A stretch of DNA of 64,000 bases from Hypanus sabinus (lineage: Eukaryota). How positions within the stretch are numbered: position 1 is the first letter of the stretch; every line of letters starts with the position of its first letter. The stretch spans positions 10,974,001-11,038,000 of the forward strand of contig NC_082711.1 of assembly GCF_030144855.1 (NCBI RefSeq). The letters run 5' to 3'. Shown in pieces: positions 47,501-62,500 of the stretch. The notes beneath the pieces were generated by a model. It did no database searches, was not told where the DNA came from, and was given only the letters and a program-made list of their open reading frames with translations. Position numbers and translations under genes: made by a program.

Positions 47501-50500
47501 ATGAACCTGCTCTGGACCCTCTCCAATGCTAGTACGTCCTTTCTCAGATAAGGGAACCCAAAGCTGCTCACGATACTCCACATGGCAACATGAAGCCACT
47601 TTTCCCACCAGCTCCTCAGTCTGTCTGCAGTCAGGAATGTGGCTGAAACATTTGGGCAGTAATTGCTGTATGTCTCCCCCAACACCATTCACCTCCAGCT
47701 GGGTTTCAGCTGCACCAGGAGTCGGCCATCTGGCCCATCAAACCTGCTCTGCCACTCAATAAGATCATGGCTATCTGGCCGTGGACTCATCTCCATCCCC
47801 CTGCCTTTCCCCCTTAACTTTAATTCTCCTGCTGTGCAAAGATTTATCTGACTTTGTCTTGAATATATTTAATGAGGTAGCCTCACGAAGTAGAGAATCC
47901 CCCTGATTCACTCTACTCTCTGGGGAAAAGCAATTCCTTTTCATCTCTGTCCTAAATCTATTTGCCCAGATCTTATTTGGAGATACGGTACGGAATGGGC
48001 CCTTTCAGCAGCCCCTGATTTACTGCTAACAGGGCAATTTATCATGACTAATTAATTACTAATCGGTATGCTCTGTTCTGTGGGAGGAAATGAGAAACCC
48101 CATGCGTTCTACCTTCAACTCCTTTCAGATGATGTCGGAATTGAACTCCGATCTCCGACACCCCGAGCTATTAGAGCGTCGTACTAACCACTATACTACC
48201 ACGACGCATATGTCATGTGGCTATGTCCCTTAGCTCTTGTCTCACTTAATGGTAGAAACAACTTTTATGCTTCAATCTTGTCCGACCCCTTCATAATATT
48301 TTGTTTCTATAAGATCCCCTCTCATTCTTCTGAATTCCAGTGAGTATAGCCGCAGGCGACTCACTGCACATGTTCAGAATTAACCTGGTGAACCACCTCT
48401 GCACCGTCTCCAAAGCCAGCATATCTTTCCTGAAGGCGATCAGTACTCTAGCTGCAGCCTCACCACTACCCCATACAATCATATACATTATGGTACTTTT
48501 AATCCTTCTGATCCAAGTCATTGGGGATAGGTTTTCTAGTTGGCATTAATATTTACCATTTTACACTGTTTTGTTTCAGCCAGGGGTTCCCAATCTGGGG
48601 TCCATGGACCCCTCAGTTATTGGTAGGGTTCGGAGCCTCAGCATAGGTTTAAGTATGTACCATTGGTTTAATGGACCCAAGAACAAATCTGCCAGAGCAA
48701 GGTGTGTTGGAGGATTAGTTATTGGATGCCCCCACATTCATGACACTTTTCATCTCCACAGGCTATTAGTCGAGGAGATAACGAGGTCTAATAGCTTGTT
48801 CTTGTACATGAGGCTAAGACCATAGACATAGGAGCAGCATTGAGTCAGTCAGCTCTGCCATCCCACCCTGGCTGATCCCTCTCAATCCTATTCTCCTGCC
48901 TTCTCCCTCTAACCTTTGACACCCCTACTAATCAAGTAGTTATCAACTGCTGGTTTAAATACACCCAATGACTACAGCAGTCTGTGGCAGATTCACCACC
49001 ATCAAGCTAAAGAAATTCCCTCTTCATCTCTGTTCCACAGTGAAGTCTTTCTATTCTGAGTCTGTGCCTCTGGTTCTAGACTCCCCTTCTAGAGGAAACC
49101 TCTCTACGCCCACTATCCATCACAGCTCAGCTCTGGTGGGCTGTTAAATCCTGGAAGCATTGGGAATTTGGGCCTGCTGCAGTGTCACTGTCCTGCAACT
49201 CTTGGGAACAAATTCACCCCATACAGGGGTGAGCTCAGGAGAGAACTCCTGCCCATAGTTTGTTCTGTGTGGCCTGATTTGGAGAAATTTATAGTAATTT
49301 CTCAAATGTTTTTTAAAATGACACATCCATATTGTCAATTTATCTTTAAACCAATACACCCATTCTCAGGAAAATACCTGTACTGTGTCTAAAACAAATG
49401 CTTCTTCTCCTGTACGGCAACCTACTCCCTACCCACCAATGCATCTCATGAACCTTTGCTGTATGGGTGCTTCCAGCATTAATCCCTTTTGTCCATATGA
49501 GACCCATATCCCTATAACTTCTCTCCTAGCCAAGTTCACATCCAAGTGTCTTTTAAGCATCCTAATTGTAATAGTAATAATAACAACTTTATTTCTATAG
49601 TGCTCTTCATACAATAAGATGCAGCTTCAAAGTGCTTTACATAGATTGTAAAGATAAATTTATATCATCAGAAAATGAGACAAAATTAAGATCATTAGTA
49701 AAGGCAAACATTATATAGAATAAAGTGTAATAGAATATACCAATTTATATATAAATGTAATCAACGTCAACAGGCATTAAGTAATCCTATAAGTAGACCG
49801 AATTTTAAAAAGTAGGTTTTTAGAAGTGTTTTGCAACGTTCCACAGCACTAGCCTGGCATAGCTCGGTCAGCAGAGTATTCCAGATTTTTGGTGCATAGA
49901 GCAAAAAGCCACATCACAATTCTTGTATGCTGGGCCCAAGGAACAATAAGCAAACCAGATTCATGGATCTAAGATTACAGTTGTGGATTTAAGGGGATAG
50001 AAACCCCAGAATATGTGGTAGAGTTAGATTATTCGGAGCCTTGTATACAATTAAGGGTATTTAAAATTGATTCCAAAGGACGCAGGCAGCCAGTGGAATG
50101 CCAAAACTGGTGGAATATGCTCAGATTTTCTTTTTTTAGTTGAGATTCTTGCTGCTGTATTCTGAAGAAATTGCAGCCGATTTATATCTTTTTTTAGGCA
50201 GTTGGGAAAATTGTACTCATCTCCACAACTTCCTCTGCCTGCTCATTGCAAGTACACAGCGCCCTCTGTGCAGAAAAGCTTGCCCTTCAGGTCCCCTCGA
50301 ACAAAGATATCCTTTTATTAGGTAGAAGACCTGACCTGTGAACACCGCTATTCGTTACAGTCTCACCAGAATCTTGTTTAATTTCAGTAAGGCATTTTTA
50401 TTTTTGACAAATTCCTTTTGCACTAAAGACTAATCTACCATTTACTTTCTTAATACTGTGCCTGTGCATTACTTGCGCTGATTGCTATGCCAGATATCTA

Positions 50501-53500
50501 GCTCCCTCTTAACGTCAATATATTTTATCATTTTAAATTAGATTTTTGCTTTTCAATTTTCCTATCAAATTGGATGAATGTGCATTTTTCCCCACCACAA
50601 TTCATTTTCCAATGTTGCCGTGAAGCACCTCTCACATACTCTGTTAGTTTCTGCCTCCAGCTTTGGATCATTGGCAAATTTGGATATATTATACTTGGTC
50701 CCCTCATCCAAATCATCACAGCTGGTGCTGCGGGACTAATCCCTCTGACAAAGCCATTAATCACAGTCTCCCAACCCAAAACTCCCTATACTCAGCCAGT
50801 TACAACCCTAAACAAAACTCTGGCAGGTTTCCCAAATGTTGTCTTGAACCTCCTGGGTTCAGTGGTGCTTTTCTGATCTGAGTCTGAACTCGGTTTATTG
50901 TCATTTAGAAACCACAACTGCAATGCAGTTAAAAAATGAAACAACGTTCCCCCAGAATGATATCACAAAAGCACATGACAAAACAGACGACACCAGAAAA
51001 TCCACATAATGTTTGGCAATCCCCAAATCCAGAGTCCGGAGAGGCTGCTGCGTATTAATATCACGCTACCGTCTTAGTGCGTTCCCCGCTATTCTAATAA
51101 AGGTGATCTAATCTATGGTTAGATTTCCTGACTGGTCAAAGCTTGTGAAGGAGCACCCAATAACCTCCCCATATCAACACACAATCTGCTGGAAGTGCAG
51201 TATCTTTGAGAGGAAAGAAAATACTGATATTTTGTGTCAGAACCTCCAACAGATTGTGCAATGCTCCAGATTCCACCATCTGCAATCTTGCAAGCCTCTG
51301 ACCTCCCCTTGTCCTTTCCCAGCACATGATGGGGGGGGGGGGGGGTGCTTCCCACAGTACATAAGGAGTCTCTTCTGTTCTTTGTCAAACAGCACCAGGA
51401 GACTGTACAGAAAACAAGTACGGGGTAATTGTTCTGAAAATGCTGCTCTGTCATGAATGGGAATATCATTTGACTATGCAGACTGCAGCCTCGAAGTGAT
51501 GCAGCATTTTAAAGCATCTTGAAGTGGTGGAACCTAGACGTGCCCCTCTCAGATGCACCAATAACTGAGATATAGATTAGGGAGAGCATTTGTATTATTT
51601 TTAAATCGAATAACATTTAATTAAAAGTTATGACTTTTTAATAGTGGTGTTCATTTAAGTGAGACTGATTCCTTCCTGTCCATTAAGAATCAGGTCACTG
51701 AGGGTGGTTTGTGTTGCCTGACATACAGGCAAATCCATGAGAATGTTACAGGAGAGATCATAATCCATTGGGGCTGCTTTCATCAGTGCAAATATGCTTT
51801 GTTATTAGATGTGTGGGTGGCTTTCTGTCATGCCAGAGAGCAGTTGGTACTTGTGGAGCATCGTGACTATCACATCCCATAACCTCCATCCCTCCATGTA
51901 TTTCCACAAGCAGATCTCGTCTGTCTGCGAGGCCAGCAGAAATCCCAAAGAAACGGTCCGTGATAGTGTCGAGCCCGTCACCAGCCATGTGAGGTTCCAT
52001 GGCAATGGATAATGTTAGGTGGCATGCTGCTCTCCCACCTCCACTGTGTCACTAATCTTTGTCACCCCTGCTGTTCCCTTTTGGAGTGAACTTGTGCATT
52101 GCGTGCTCTGTTTGCAACTTCTAACATTCCAAAACACTTCAAGATCCAAGATTGCTGGGACTGGGCGACCCAAGTTAAAAGGATAGATTGAACAGGTCAG
52201 GACTTAATTCCCTAGAATGTAGAAGATTGAGGGAAACATGAGAGGAAACACTTTCCCTCAGAAGGTTGTGAGAGTGTGGAATGAGCTGCCAGCACAAGTT
52301 GTGCATGCGAGCTTGATTTTAACCTTTAAGAGAAGTCTGGATAGGCACATGGATGGTCGGGGCACGAAGGGTTGTAGTACCGATGCAGGTCAATAGGAGT
52401 AGGCAGTTTAAGTGGTGTGGCACATTAAGGGCAGAAGAGTGTGTTTTCAGCTGTACTAGTCTATGACTATTGTTTAATGTGACTTCCTGTACACAAGTGT
52501 AAGGAGAATGAAATAACTGCTTCCCTGGATCCCATGCAGCATAGTACATATAAATACGTAAGATAGCCTCTGTACGTCCATAAAGTGATACTAGACTTGC
52601 ATGAGGTGACTAGTGGGAAATAGTAAAGTGGTGGTAGAGTTGGTGGGTGGAGCTGTTGATCAGTCTTACTGCCTGGGGAAAGTAACTGTTCTGCAGTCTG
52701 GTTGTCCTTGTCACTGGTTCTTTCTCTCTTGTTGCTGCAATCCATTCTCATGCAGAGTGTGCACGTGTGTACTTTATTATTGGTCTCTTCATACATTAGA
52801 GTTGCATTTGGGTATTGGGATTCTGATCTAAATGGCTGCATGTCCCCTAGTCTTGCTGTGTTACTCCAGAGCAGTGGTGCAAAATGAGATTATTCCTCAG
52901 GTCTGTAATCTAACTGTATTGGCATGACCATTATAACAAATAACTGTCATGATCTGTGTCCCCAAACTACTAAACCTGTGTTTTTATTTCCTGGCAAAGA
53001 ATGTCTTTCTTGTTCCTCCTGAGAAAGTAAGTACGCTGATGCACTGTGTATCTGCTTTGGCATTTGATTCAACCTCACTCTCACTGCCATCTCTGCTTCT
53101 CATTTACAGAGTGTGGCTTCTGCACCATTTCCCCCTCCCCAGCTGCATGTGGAGAGCTGAGCCCAGCTATCTGCTTCTCCTCAGCATGTCCTACCACCCA
53201 TACCATCCCGCTTGTGCTTGGTAGGCCCTGTCCATCATCATGTAAAGCCCCCCTTGGCAATTCCGGCTTGAGTTTCTGATAACCTGAAACAAAGTAGTGT
53301 TAACCATGAATCATAGGAACAGGATTAGGCCATTTGGCCCATCAAGTCTGCTTGCTGTTCCATCATTACTGATTTATTTTAACATTCGTCCCCTTCCTCC
53401 TGACTTCTCCCTGTAAACTTTGATGCCTTTACTAATGAAGTGCTGGTACCTATTATACCCAATGACTTGGCCACCACAGTCACCTGGGGCACTGAATTCC

Positions 53501-56500
53501 ACAGATTCAACGTCCTCTAGAATTTCTCCTCGTATCTGTTTTAAATAGACATCCTTTAATTCTGAGCTGTGCTTTCTGGTCCTAGACTTTCCTACTATTG
53601 GAAACAACCTCTCCACATCTACTCTATCCAGTCCTTAAAATATTCAATAGGTTTCAGTGAGATTCCTTCCCCCCCCCCCCCCCACTGTTCTTCTAAACTC
53701 CAGTGAGCACAGGCTCAGACCCATCCATGTAAAATGCTTTCATCCCAGCGCATCCTTTCTTGATACTCATAAGTGTGGTATGACAAATGCCTTCTAAAGC
53801 CTTAGTATTACATCCTTGGTTTTATATTTTAGTCCTCTTTAAATGAGTGCTAACATTGCATTTGTCTTCCTTACGATTGACTCAACCTGCAAGTCCCTTT
53901 GCAGCCCCAATTAAATTCGATCCGCATTTAGAAAATAGTTCTTTATTCTTCTACCGTAGTGCATCACCATACCCTTCCCGACACTGTATTTCGTCTGCCA
54001 TTTCTTTGTCCTTTGTCCATTCTCCTAATCTGTTTAAGTCCTTCTGCAGTGTGCCTTACCCCTCTGAACAAGTCAATGGAGGCCGCTCTGCTGACTTTTG
54101 TAAAGCGCCTGGAGGAGAGGAGGATGTGTGATTCAGTTCCACGTTTTGTGCTGTTGGATCTTGTTCTGGGAGGAGAGGCATTGAATGCCTGCTTTCCCAT
54201 TGAGTCAGACATGATGGACCAGGTGGTCATTGCCGGTGTCATAAAGTTTCAAGCTAGTTCCCAGAATTGTACAGGTGTATTTTCTCAAGATGTGAACCAT
54301 GCCAATCAGACATTGATCCAAAGAAAAGATAAATAAAAGCTTAATTTGTCACATGTACATACAGTGAAATGTGTCGTTTGCATCAAAGGCCACCACAGTC
54401 GGAGATGTGCTGGGGGTAGCCCACAAATGTCGCCATACTTTCAAAGCCAGCATAGCGTGCCCGCAGATCAATAACCCTAACCTGTTTTAATTTGTTGCCA
54501 AAGAGTCTAGGAATTGCTCCTTATCTTTTCTAAAGGAACATCTCTACTCTGAGGCTGTGCGCTCTGGTCCTAGACTGCCCACTATTGGAAACATTCTGTC
54601 CAAGTCCACCCTATCCAGGACCTGCAATAGAACATAGAGCAGTACAACACAAGAGCAGGTCCTGCGGCCCACAATGTTGTGTCAAACCATATAAATTAGT
54701 AATTCAATAGCCAACTAAACTATATCCATATTCTTTCATTTTTCTCACATTCATGTGCCTATCTAAACATTTCCTAGAAGTCGCTAATGTAGTCTTGAAG
54801 AAGGGTCTCAGCCCGAAAGGTGACTATTCGTTCACTTCCATCGGCGCTGCCTGACCTGCTGATTTCCTCCAGCATCTTGTGTGCGTTGCTGTAATGTATC
54901 TGCCTCTGCTACCACCCCAGGCAGTGCATTCCAGCCACCCACCACTGTGCAAAAACACACCCCCTTACACCCCTCTTCACTTTAAATGCATACTCTCTGG
55001 TATTAGATATTTCATAGCTTTCTATCAGATTCCCCTTGTTCTTCAAAACTCCAGTGGCTACAGGCCCACAGCCATCAAACGCTCCTATAGCCCTACTCTA
55101 CTCTTGAATGCCTCTTCTGCTTGTGTTGTAGAGCTAATATCTCCGGTTTCCCTTTGCAGAGCGCGATACAGGGTGCGGATAATGAGCTGTGCTCCCGTGT
55201 CACCAGCTTGGAGAAGGAGAACCAGAACTTGCACAAGGGTAGGTGATGTGGGTGGGGAGAAAAGTTGTAACTGCTCTCACCTTATCACTGAGAGAGGGAC
55301 AGAGAGAGAGTGTGGGGTGAGTGGGAGCCATATTCAGCTTGAATTGATGTGACTTGTACCTTTGTCTGTGGGCAGGACATAGGGAAAAGCTCTGTCTTCA
55401 CTCTGGATCCTTGGTGAGGTTCAATTCAGATTTGATTATTTATCACATGTACAGTGAAACGTGTTGTTTGCGTTAACAGCCAGCACAGCCTAAGAATGTG
55501 CTGGGGGCAGCCCCGCAAGTGCTGTCGCCCACTCTGGTGAGACATAGCGTGTCCACGGTGGTCAGCAGGACAACAGAAGCACCAATATTTGTGAATGTGT
55601 GACTGCAAGTCCAAGGCGAAGGGCTTTCGGAGGTGTTGGAGTGTGTGTGTGCGCGGGAGGAAAAGAAATCAATTTGCTGTTTTTGTTTTGCTTTGTTGCA
55701 ACAAAATTGGTCCTCCGACTTCCAGTCATGCAACACGTGGGCTTTGAGCTGCGATCTCTGGTATCGACCTCAGGGTCAATCACAGGACTTTGAATTCTGG
55801 CCCTCAAACTCTAGGACCCGCCCTTCTGTGCTGAACTGGAGACTTCGGCTTTGAACTAACTAGCCCCTTCAGCCTATAAAGTCCGCACCAACTATCATAC
55901 GCACATTCGTACATGATTTCTGCCCTGGCCCATCTTACTTCCCCCACTTTCTCATCCCCTCTTCGCACGCATTCACCCGCACTCCAGGGAGAATTTACAA
56001 CAGCTCATTTAAAAGATTATCTTTAGCATTATTTCTCACGTGTACATCAAAACATATAGTGAATTGCATCGTTTGTGTCAATGACCAGCACAGACCGAGG
56101 ATGAGCTGGGGCCAACTCACAACATTTAAAGATACGGTGCAGAACAGGCCCTTCCAGCCCAGTGACCTGAAATGCCCAGCAACCCACCTGTTCAGCACTA
56201 GCCTAACCACAGGGCAATTTACAATGACCAATGACCTACTAACGGGTACATATTTGGGAAGTGGGAGAAAACTGGAACACCCAAAGGAAACCCATGCAGT
56301 TAACCCTATCAAATTTCCAGCATCTGCAGAATCTCTTGTGCAGTTCAGGCCTTGTCAACACTGAGTATGCTTCGAGCAGTAGTTCCTCCCTGTAAGATTG
56401 TGTTGTTCTCTTGTTTCCTTCCCCCGGCTAGAGGTGGAAGAACTACGGTTAACGTTGTCGAAGTTGGAGCTGCGTCTTTCCACAATGGAGAAGTCCTTGA

Positions 56501-59500
56501 CCAGCGCCAAACCCTTGGTGCCTGCACCAACCCAACCCAGCAAGGTCAGCTGCTCGGGGTTCTCTGAAGGGGGGGGGGGGCATAGCTTGTGGGGCGGCAA
56601 AAGGGTTTGGGACAATAGGAAGATGAGGGTGTGTGATGGGAATGGGGAAGGGGCTGGAGTGCATTGGGCATGGAGGATGGGGAGGGATGGGTGGGCAAAT
56701 GGGTACCAGGGAGGGAGCGAATGCGGAGGGGACAGGAAGTTTCCATGAAGCAATGATCCAGGCACCCACCTTGGGGGAAAATGTCTGATTGTCCATTCTG
56801 TCTGTGCCTCTTACCTTGTACACCTCTATCAAGTCATCTCTCATCCTCTGATGTCTCCCCCCCCCCCCCGTATTTTCCTCCAATTGCCTGAAAATTATGC
56901 CCTCTTGTATCAGCCACCCCTTTGCTCCAAAGAGAAAATTCCTAGCCCACTCAACCTGTCCTTGTGAGAAATGCTGTCTAACCCGGGCAGCATCTTTGTC
57001 TCATTGGATACAGATACTGATCTCTTAAAAACTATGTGCACTTCTCAATTCTATTTGCATATTTAAGTGTCAATTATACATATTTCAAGTTTAAATAACC
57101 AATTAAATGTGTTTATAGGGGAATAATACTTAAAAAAATTAATATGGTAACTGCCCAATAGTTAGTGTATGCCTTGCATCTGATTTACTTCTTTATCTGC
57201 TTGGTCACGTTGAACAGAAAGGCTGTACAAAGGAGAGTTCAGGTCTCGGGGACCGTGTTCAGCCTGGGTCTGCACGCTGTCTGTCAGCTCGTTATTTTAA
57301 CCCTTGCCTTGCTGCAGCTCCCTCACCCCGCTCTCCTTTCTCAGCCCAGCACAAAGCAGCCGGAGGAGGACGATGATGACCTGGACCTCTTTGGCAGCAG
57401 CGACGAGGAGGAGAGCGCGGAGAGCGAGAGGGTCCGGGAAGAGCGGCTCCGCCAGTACGCCGAGAAGAAATCCAAGAAGCCCACCCTCATTGCCAAGTCC
57501 TCCATCCTCCTGGATGTCAAGCCTGTGAGATGCCTTCCTTTCCCCTTTCTCTCTCCCCCCCCCCCCCCCCACCATGATCTGTCCCCTTCAGAGAATTTTA
57601 TTTTTATTTTGTTTAGAGTTCGAGATACAGCTCGGAACAGGTCCTCAGGCACTGCCCAGCAACTCACTGATATAACCCTGGCCTAATCACAGGACAATTT
57701 ACAATGACCAAGGACCCTACTAACCGGTACATCTTTGAATTGTGGGAGGAAACCAGAGCACCCAGAGGAAACGTACCCACTCACAGGGAAGATGTGCAAA
57801 CCTCTTGCAGGCAGTGTTGGAATTGACCTCCAGACAGATGCCCTGAGCTATGTTAGTATTGCACTTGCAGCTTGGCTATCATGGTGCCCATTTGTACATC
57901 ATTTGGTCCTTGCTCTGTGCCCCTGCCAACAGTCCTTCTGGAGGTCAGGGACATGGTCATCTTTTCCTGCTGGATCCCAGAATGAGGAATAGTGGGAGGG
58001 CCCTTATTCAACCTTTTCCCTCTACTCTCTATAGTGAGGGAGTTAAAACATGTCCCTCAGAATAGAGGAACATCCATTTAGAACTGAAATGAGGGAGAAT
58101 CTCTTTAGCTAGAGGGTGGTAAATCCATGGCATTCATTGCCATGGATAACTGTGGAGACCATGTAATTGTGTATATTTAAAGTGAAGGTTGGTAGGTCCT
58201 TGATTAGTCAGGACGTCAAAGGTTATGGGAGAAGGCAGGAGAATGGGGTTGAGAGGGACAATAAATCAGCCATGATGGAATGGTGGAGCAGGCTCAATGG
58301 TTCAAATTGTCTAATTCTTCTCCTTTGTCTTCTGGTCTTACTCCACCTGTGTGGAACTGGAGATGCAGGAGATATCACTGAATGCACCTTCTGCCCTAGT
58401 GTGCGGCACTTTCATTCTTGCTAACCAGGGGGTGAGGTGGGGGAGCAGGTACAGCCGGTCAAAACAGGCCATCATTAGAACCGTCGGCAACAATTATGTT
58501 TGGGCCAGGACACAGGGTGAGGCTGCAGGCTGGTAGATGAAGTTTGGGTATAGGACGTGGGGCGGTGTGTGAAGCCAGTGCCTGTAACATGTGCCCTGTC
58601 TCTGTCAGTGGGACGACGAGACGGACATGGCGAAGCTGGAGGAGTGTGTCCGCACGGTGCAGATGGACGGCCTGGTGTGGGGGGCCTCCAAGCTGGTCCC
58701 CGTCGGCTACGGCATCAGGAAGCTCCAGATCCAATGCGTGGTGGAGGACGACAAGGTCGGCACCGACCAGCTGGAGGAACAAATCATCCAATTTGAGGAT
58801 TACGTGAGTGTTCATCATTATCCCATCTTCTCAATATTCTCTGCTTATTTATTTTCTTTCTTTTTGTATTTACAGGTTTTTGCACACTGGTTGTCTGCCC
58901 TGTTGGTGGTGTGGCCTATCATTGATTCTATTGTGGTTATTGGAGTTATTGAGAATGCCTGCAAGGAAACTAGTCTCAGGGTAGTATATGGTGATGAACT
59001 TTGAGGTTCGAAGCCTCGAGTATTAAGGGCGCAGGGTGTCCTCTGGCTAAATATCTAACACTAGGAGACGACGTTAAAATCAGGATACGGGTCAGTCCTG
59101 ATGGGTTTCCTTGCCATCAGGTCTACAGAACATGGAAGATAGGAGTGAGGAGGCCATCTCACTGCCCTGCCTTCTGATAGGATTGTGGCTGACGTGCCCC
59201 AGGCTTCTCAGCGTCTTCAATCCTTTAATCTGTCGGAAACTTACTTATGATTTGAAAGAAAACAGAAGGGCTATGAAGGAGCAAAGCATCAGATTGATCT
59301 AGAGTAAGATGAGCTTTATTTGTGACCAACACTGTTTAACAGGGACCATCACAGTTGGAGGACCTGCTGTGGGCAGCCGGCAATTGTCCCCACACTTCCA
59401 GTGCCAACAATGCATGCCAGTAACCCTCACCTGTATGTCTTAGGAATGTGGGGGGAGCCAGGGCCCCCAAATGAATCCCACGTGGTTACAGGATGTACAT

Positions 59501-62500
59501 ACAAAGTCCACACACTGTGGCAGGAATTAAATCCTGATCTCTGGCACTGTAAAGTGTCGAAGTTACTGCTATGCTACTTTGCTGCCCTGAAAAGTTTCGG
59601 AGGAATTGCCTGCGGGGTTCTATGTTCTACTTCCACTTCAAATACATTCCAACCTGGGTTTCCATGACTGGCCCTTTGGCCCATCTCTTGTCTGATGGGT
59701 TAGAACAGATTTCTGGTAGCTTCACCACTAGTGGAACTAGTGCCACTGTACTTCACATGGAGCCATTTAGTCCTTACTGGCCTGTACATCTGTATGCACA
59801 CAGAGCACCTTCAAACTCCTCCAGTCAGTTTACCTTTCCAAACCTCACTTCAATGTAATAACTGAACCCATATACAGCCCATGGTATTACAGAAAGATTC
59901 TAGCAGGGATAAAGCAGTGGCTGATTGGCAGGAGGCAAGGTGCGGGAATAAATGGAGCCTTTCCTGGTCGGCTGCCAGTGACTAGTGGTATTCCACAGGG
60001 GTCTGTGTTGGGACCGATTCTTTTTACAATATACATCAATGATTTGGATGATGGAATTGATACCTTTGCAAAGTTCGCATACAATATGAAGGTGGGTGGA
60101 GGGGCAGAAGGGCTGAGATTAGGAGAATGGGCAAAGATACGGCAGATGGAATACAGTGTGAGGAAGTGTATGGTCATGTACTTTGTAGACGAAATGAAAG
60201 GGTTGACTTTTCTAAATGAAGAGAAAATAAAAAAACAGGTTCAAAGGGACTTGGGAGATTAATTTGAAAGGTGACTCTGTGGTGCGGAAGGCAAATGCAA
60301 TATTAGCATTAATTTCAAGAGGACGGGAATATAAAAGCAAGGATGTAATGTTGAAACTTTGTAAAACACTGAGACCTCAGTTGGAGAATTGTGAGCAGAT
60401 TTGGGCCCCTTATCTTAGAAAGGATGTGCTGAAACTGGAGAGGGTTCGAAGGAGGTTCATGAAAATTATTCCAGGGTTAAATGGCTTGTTGATGGCTTTG
60501 GGCCTGTATTTGCTAGAATTCTGAAGAATGAGGGGTTTCATTGAAACCTATCGAATGGTGAAAGGCTTTGATAGAGTGGATGTGGAGAGGATGTTTCCTG
60601 TGGTGGGAGAGTCTAAGACCAGAGGACACAGCCTCAGAATAGAGGGGTGTGCTTTTAGAACAGAGATGAGAATGAATTTTTTTAGCCAGAGTGGTGAATC
60701 TGTGGAATTCTTTGCCTCAGGCAGCTGTGGAGGCCAAGTCTTTATGTATATTTAAGGCAGAGGTGATCAGGTCATGAAGGGATAAGGGCAGAAAGCAGGA
60801 GATTGGGTCTGAGAGGAAAACTGGGTGGGCCATGTTGAAATGGCGGAGCAGACTGGATGGACCAAGTGGCCTAATTCTGCTCCAATTTCATATCTTGTGG
60901 TATCTACCACTTCTAGCAGCTTGTTTCACACTCACACCACCTTCTGAGTGAAGAATTTCCCCTTCAGATTCCCCTTAAATATTTCACCTTTCACTCTTAA
61001 CCAACCTCAGTGGGAAAGACCTGCTTGCATTTACCCTGTCTGTACCCCCTCAGTTTTGTATAACTCCTTCAAATCTCGTCATTCTCCATGCTCTTTATTC
61101 TTTAGGAATAATTCTCTTTATTCTTAGGAATGAAGTCCTAACCTATCCAACCTTTCTGTTTAAATAGGGTCCACAAATCCCAGCAACATCCTTATAAATT
61201 TTCTCTGTGCCCTTTCAATCTTTTTTATCTTCCCTGTAGGTAGGTGCCAAGAACAGCACCCAATGCTCCAAATTTGGCCTCGCTAATGTCTTGCACAACT
61301 ATACCACCACTGCCCCTCCCCACCCCGTGCTGAATGCCCTGATTTATGAAGGCCAACGTGCCAGAACCTCTCTTGACAACCCTATCTACCTTTGACACCA
61401 CTTTCAAGGAGTTGTGATATGTATTCCCAGTTCCCACTATTCTACCCCTCATTGGCCTACCGTTCACTGTGTAAATCTTGCCCTGGTTTAGAATTACTGT
61501 TTTTTAATTAATTGCAATTAAATTCACTACTATTTACTAGTTCAGTCTAAAACTCCTATGCTGTAGCTCCCCCACCCCATCACTTTAACACTGCACACCT
61601 CATACCTGCACTGACACATCTGATCCAGAAGTGTTCCTCTTGCCAAGGGTCCCCTTGTCATTTTATCATTTCCTCTCAGTCATGTTGTGAGGATGCAACA
61701 AAGATTTTTACTCCCTTATGTGAGGTGGATGTAAGAAATAAAAGTAAGTTCTTAATTCTAATTGTAACTTTATATATCAGAATCAGGTTTAATATCACTG
61801 GCATACAGTGTATTGTGAAATGTCTTGTTTTGTGACAGTACAGTACAATGCATAAAAAGGCTAACTTACAATAAGAAATATACATGTGTATAAAAAATAA
61901 ATAGTGCAGAAAGAGAACCAAAAATAGTGAGGTAGTGTGCATGGCAGAGGGGAAGAAGCTGACTGTCTTCAGGTTGCTGTGCCTGATGTTAACAGCGAGA
62001 GAAAGGTAGGTATGTCCTGGGTGACGGATGCTGCCGTTTTCAGTCAGTGCTGGGAGGCGAGTGCCCATGATGGAGAAGGTTGAGTTTGCAACCTTCTGCA
62101 GCTTTTTCCAGTCCTGTGCAGTTGCCCCTCTATACTAGATGATGCAACGAGTTCGAATGCTCTCCACAAAGTACATCAGTAACAATTTTCTAGAGTCTTT
62201 GGTGACTTAGCAAATTTCCTCAAACTCCTAATGGGAAAATAGCCACTGTCGTGCATCAATATGTTGGGACCAGGATCGAACCTTAGGAACTTGAACTCCC
62301 AGGAACTTGAAACTAAAAAGTAAATCTTATGTATTTATGGCCAGGCTCAAATAGTTACTTGTATATTGTGTTTTATATTTGTACTTATTGTGTATTTGTA
62401 CCGGATTGGGAGTAGTGATCGTTTTGTTCTTTACACTTGTGTACTGAAGAATGACAAATAGTAATGCTGAATTTATCTTCTTGCCCTTGGTTGTAATGTT

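Noticed and set aside
51393-51424. Acceptor-like site with a short exon
   Set aside because: The two plausible donors give 25 or 32 nt, which break the frame.
57218-57242. Possible small EEF1D exon (AVQRRVQ)
   Set aside because: Weak donor (gtctcg); the first AG gives a 25-nt frameshifting exon; the gene model is complete without it.
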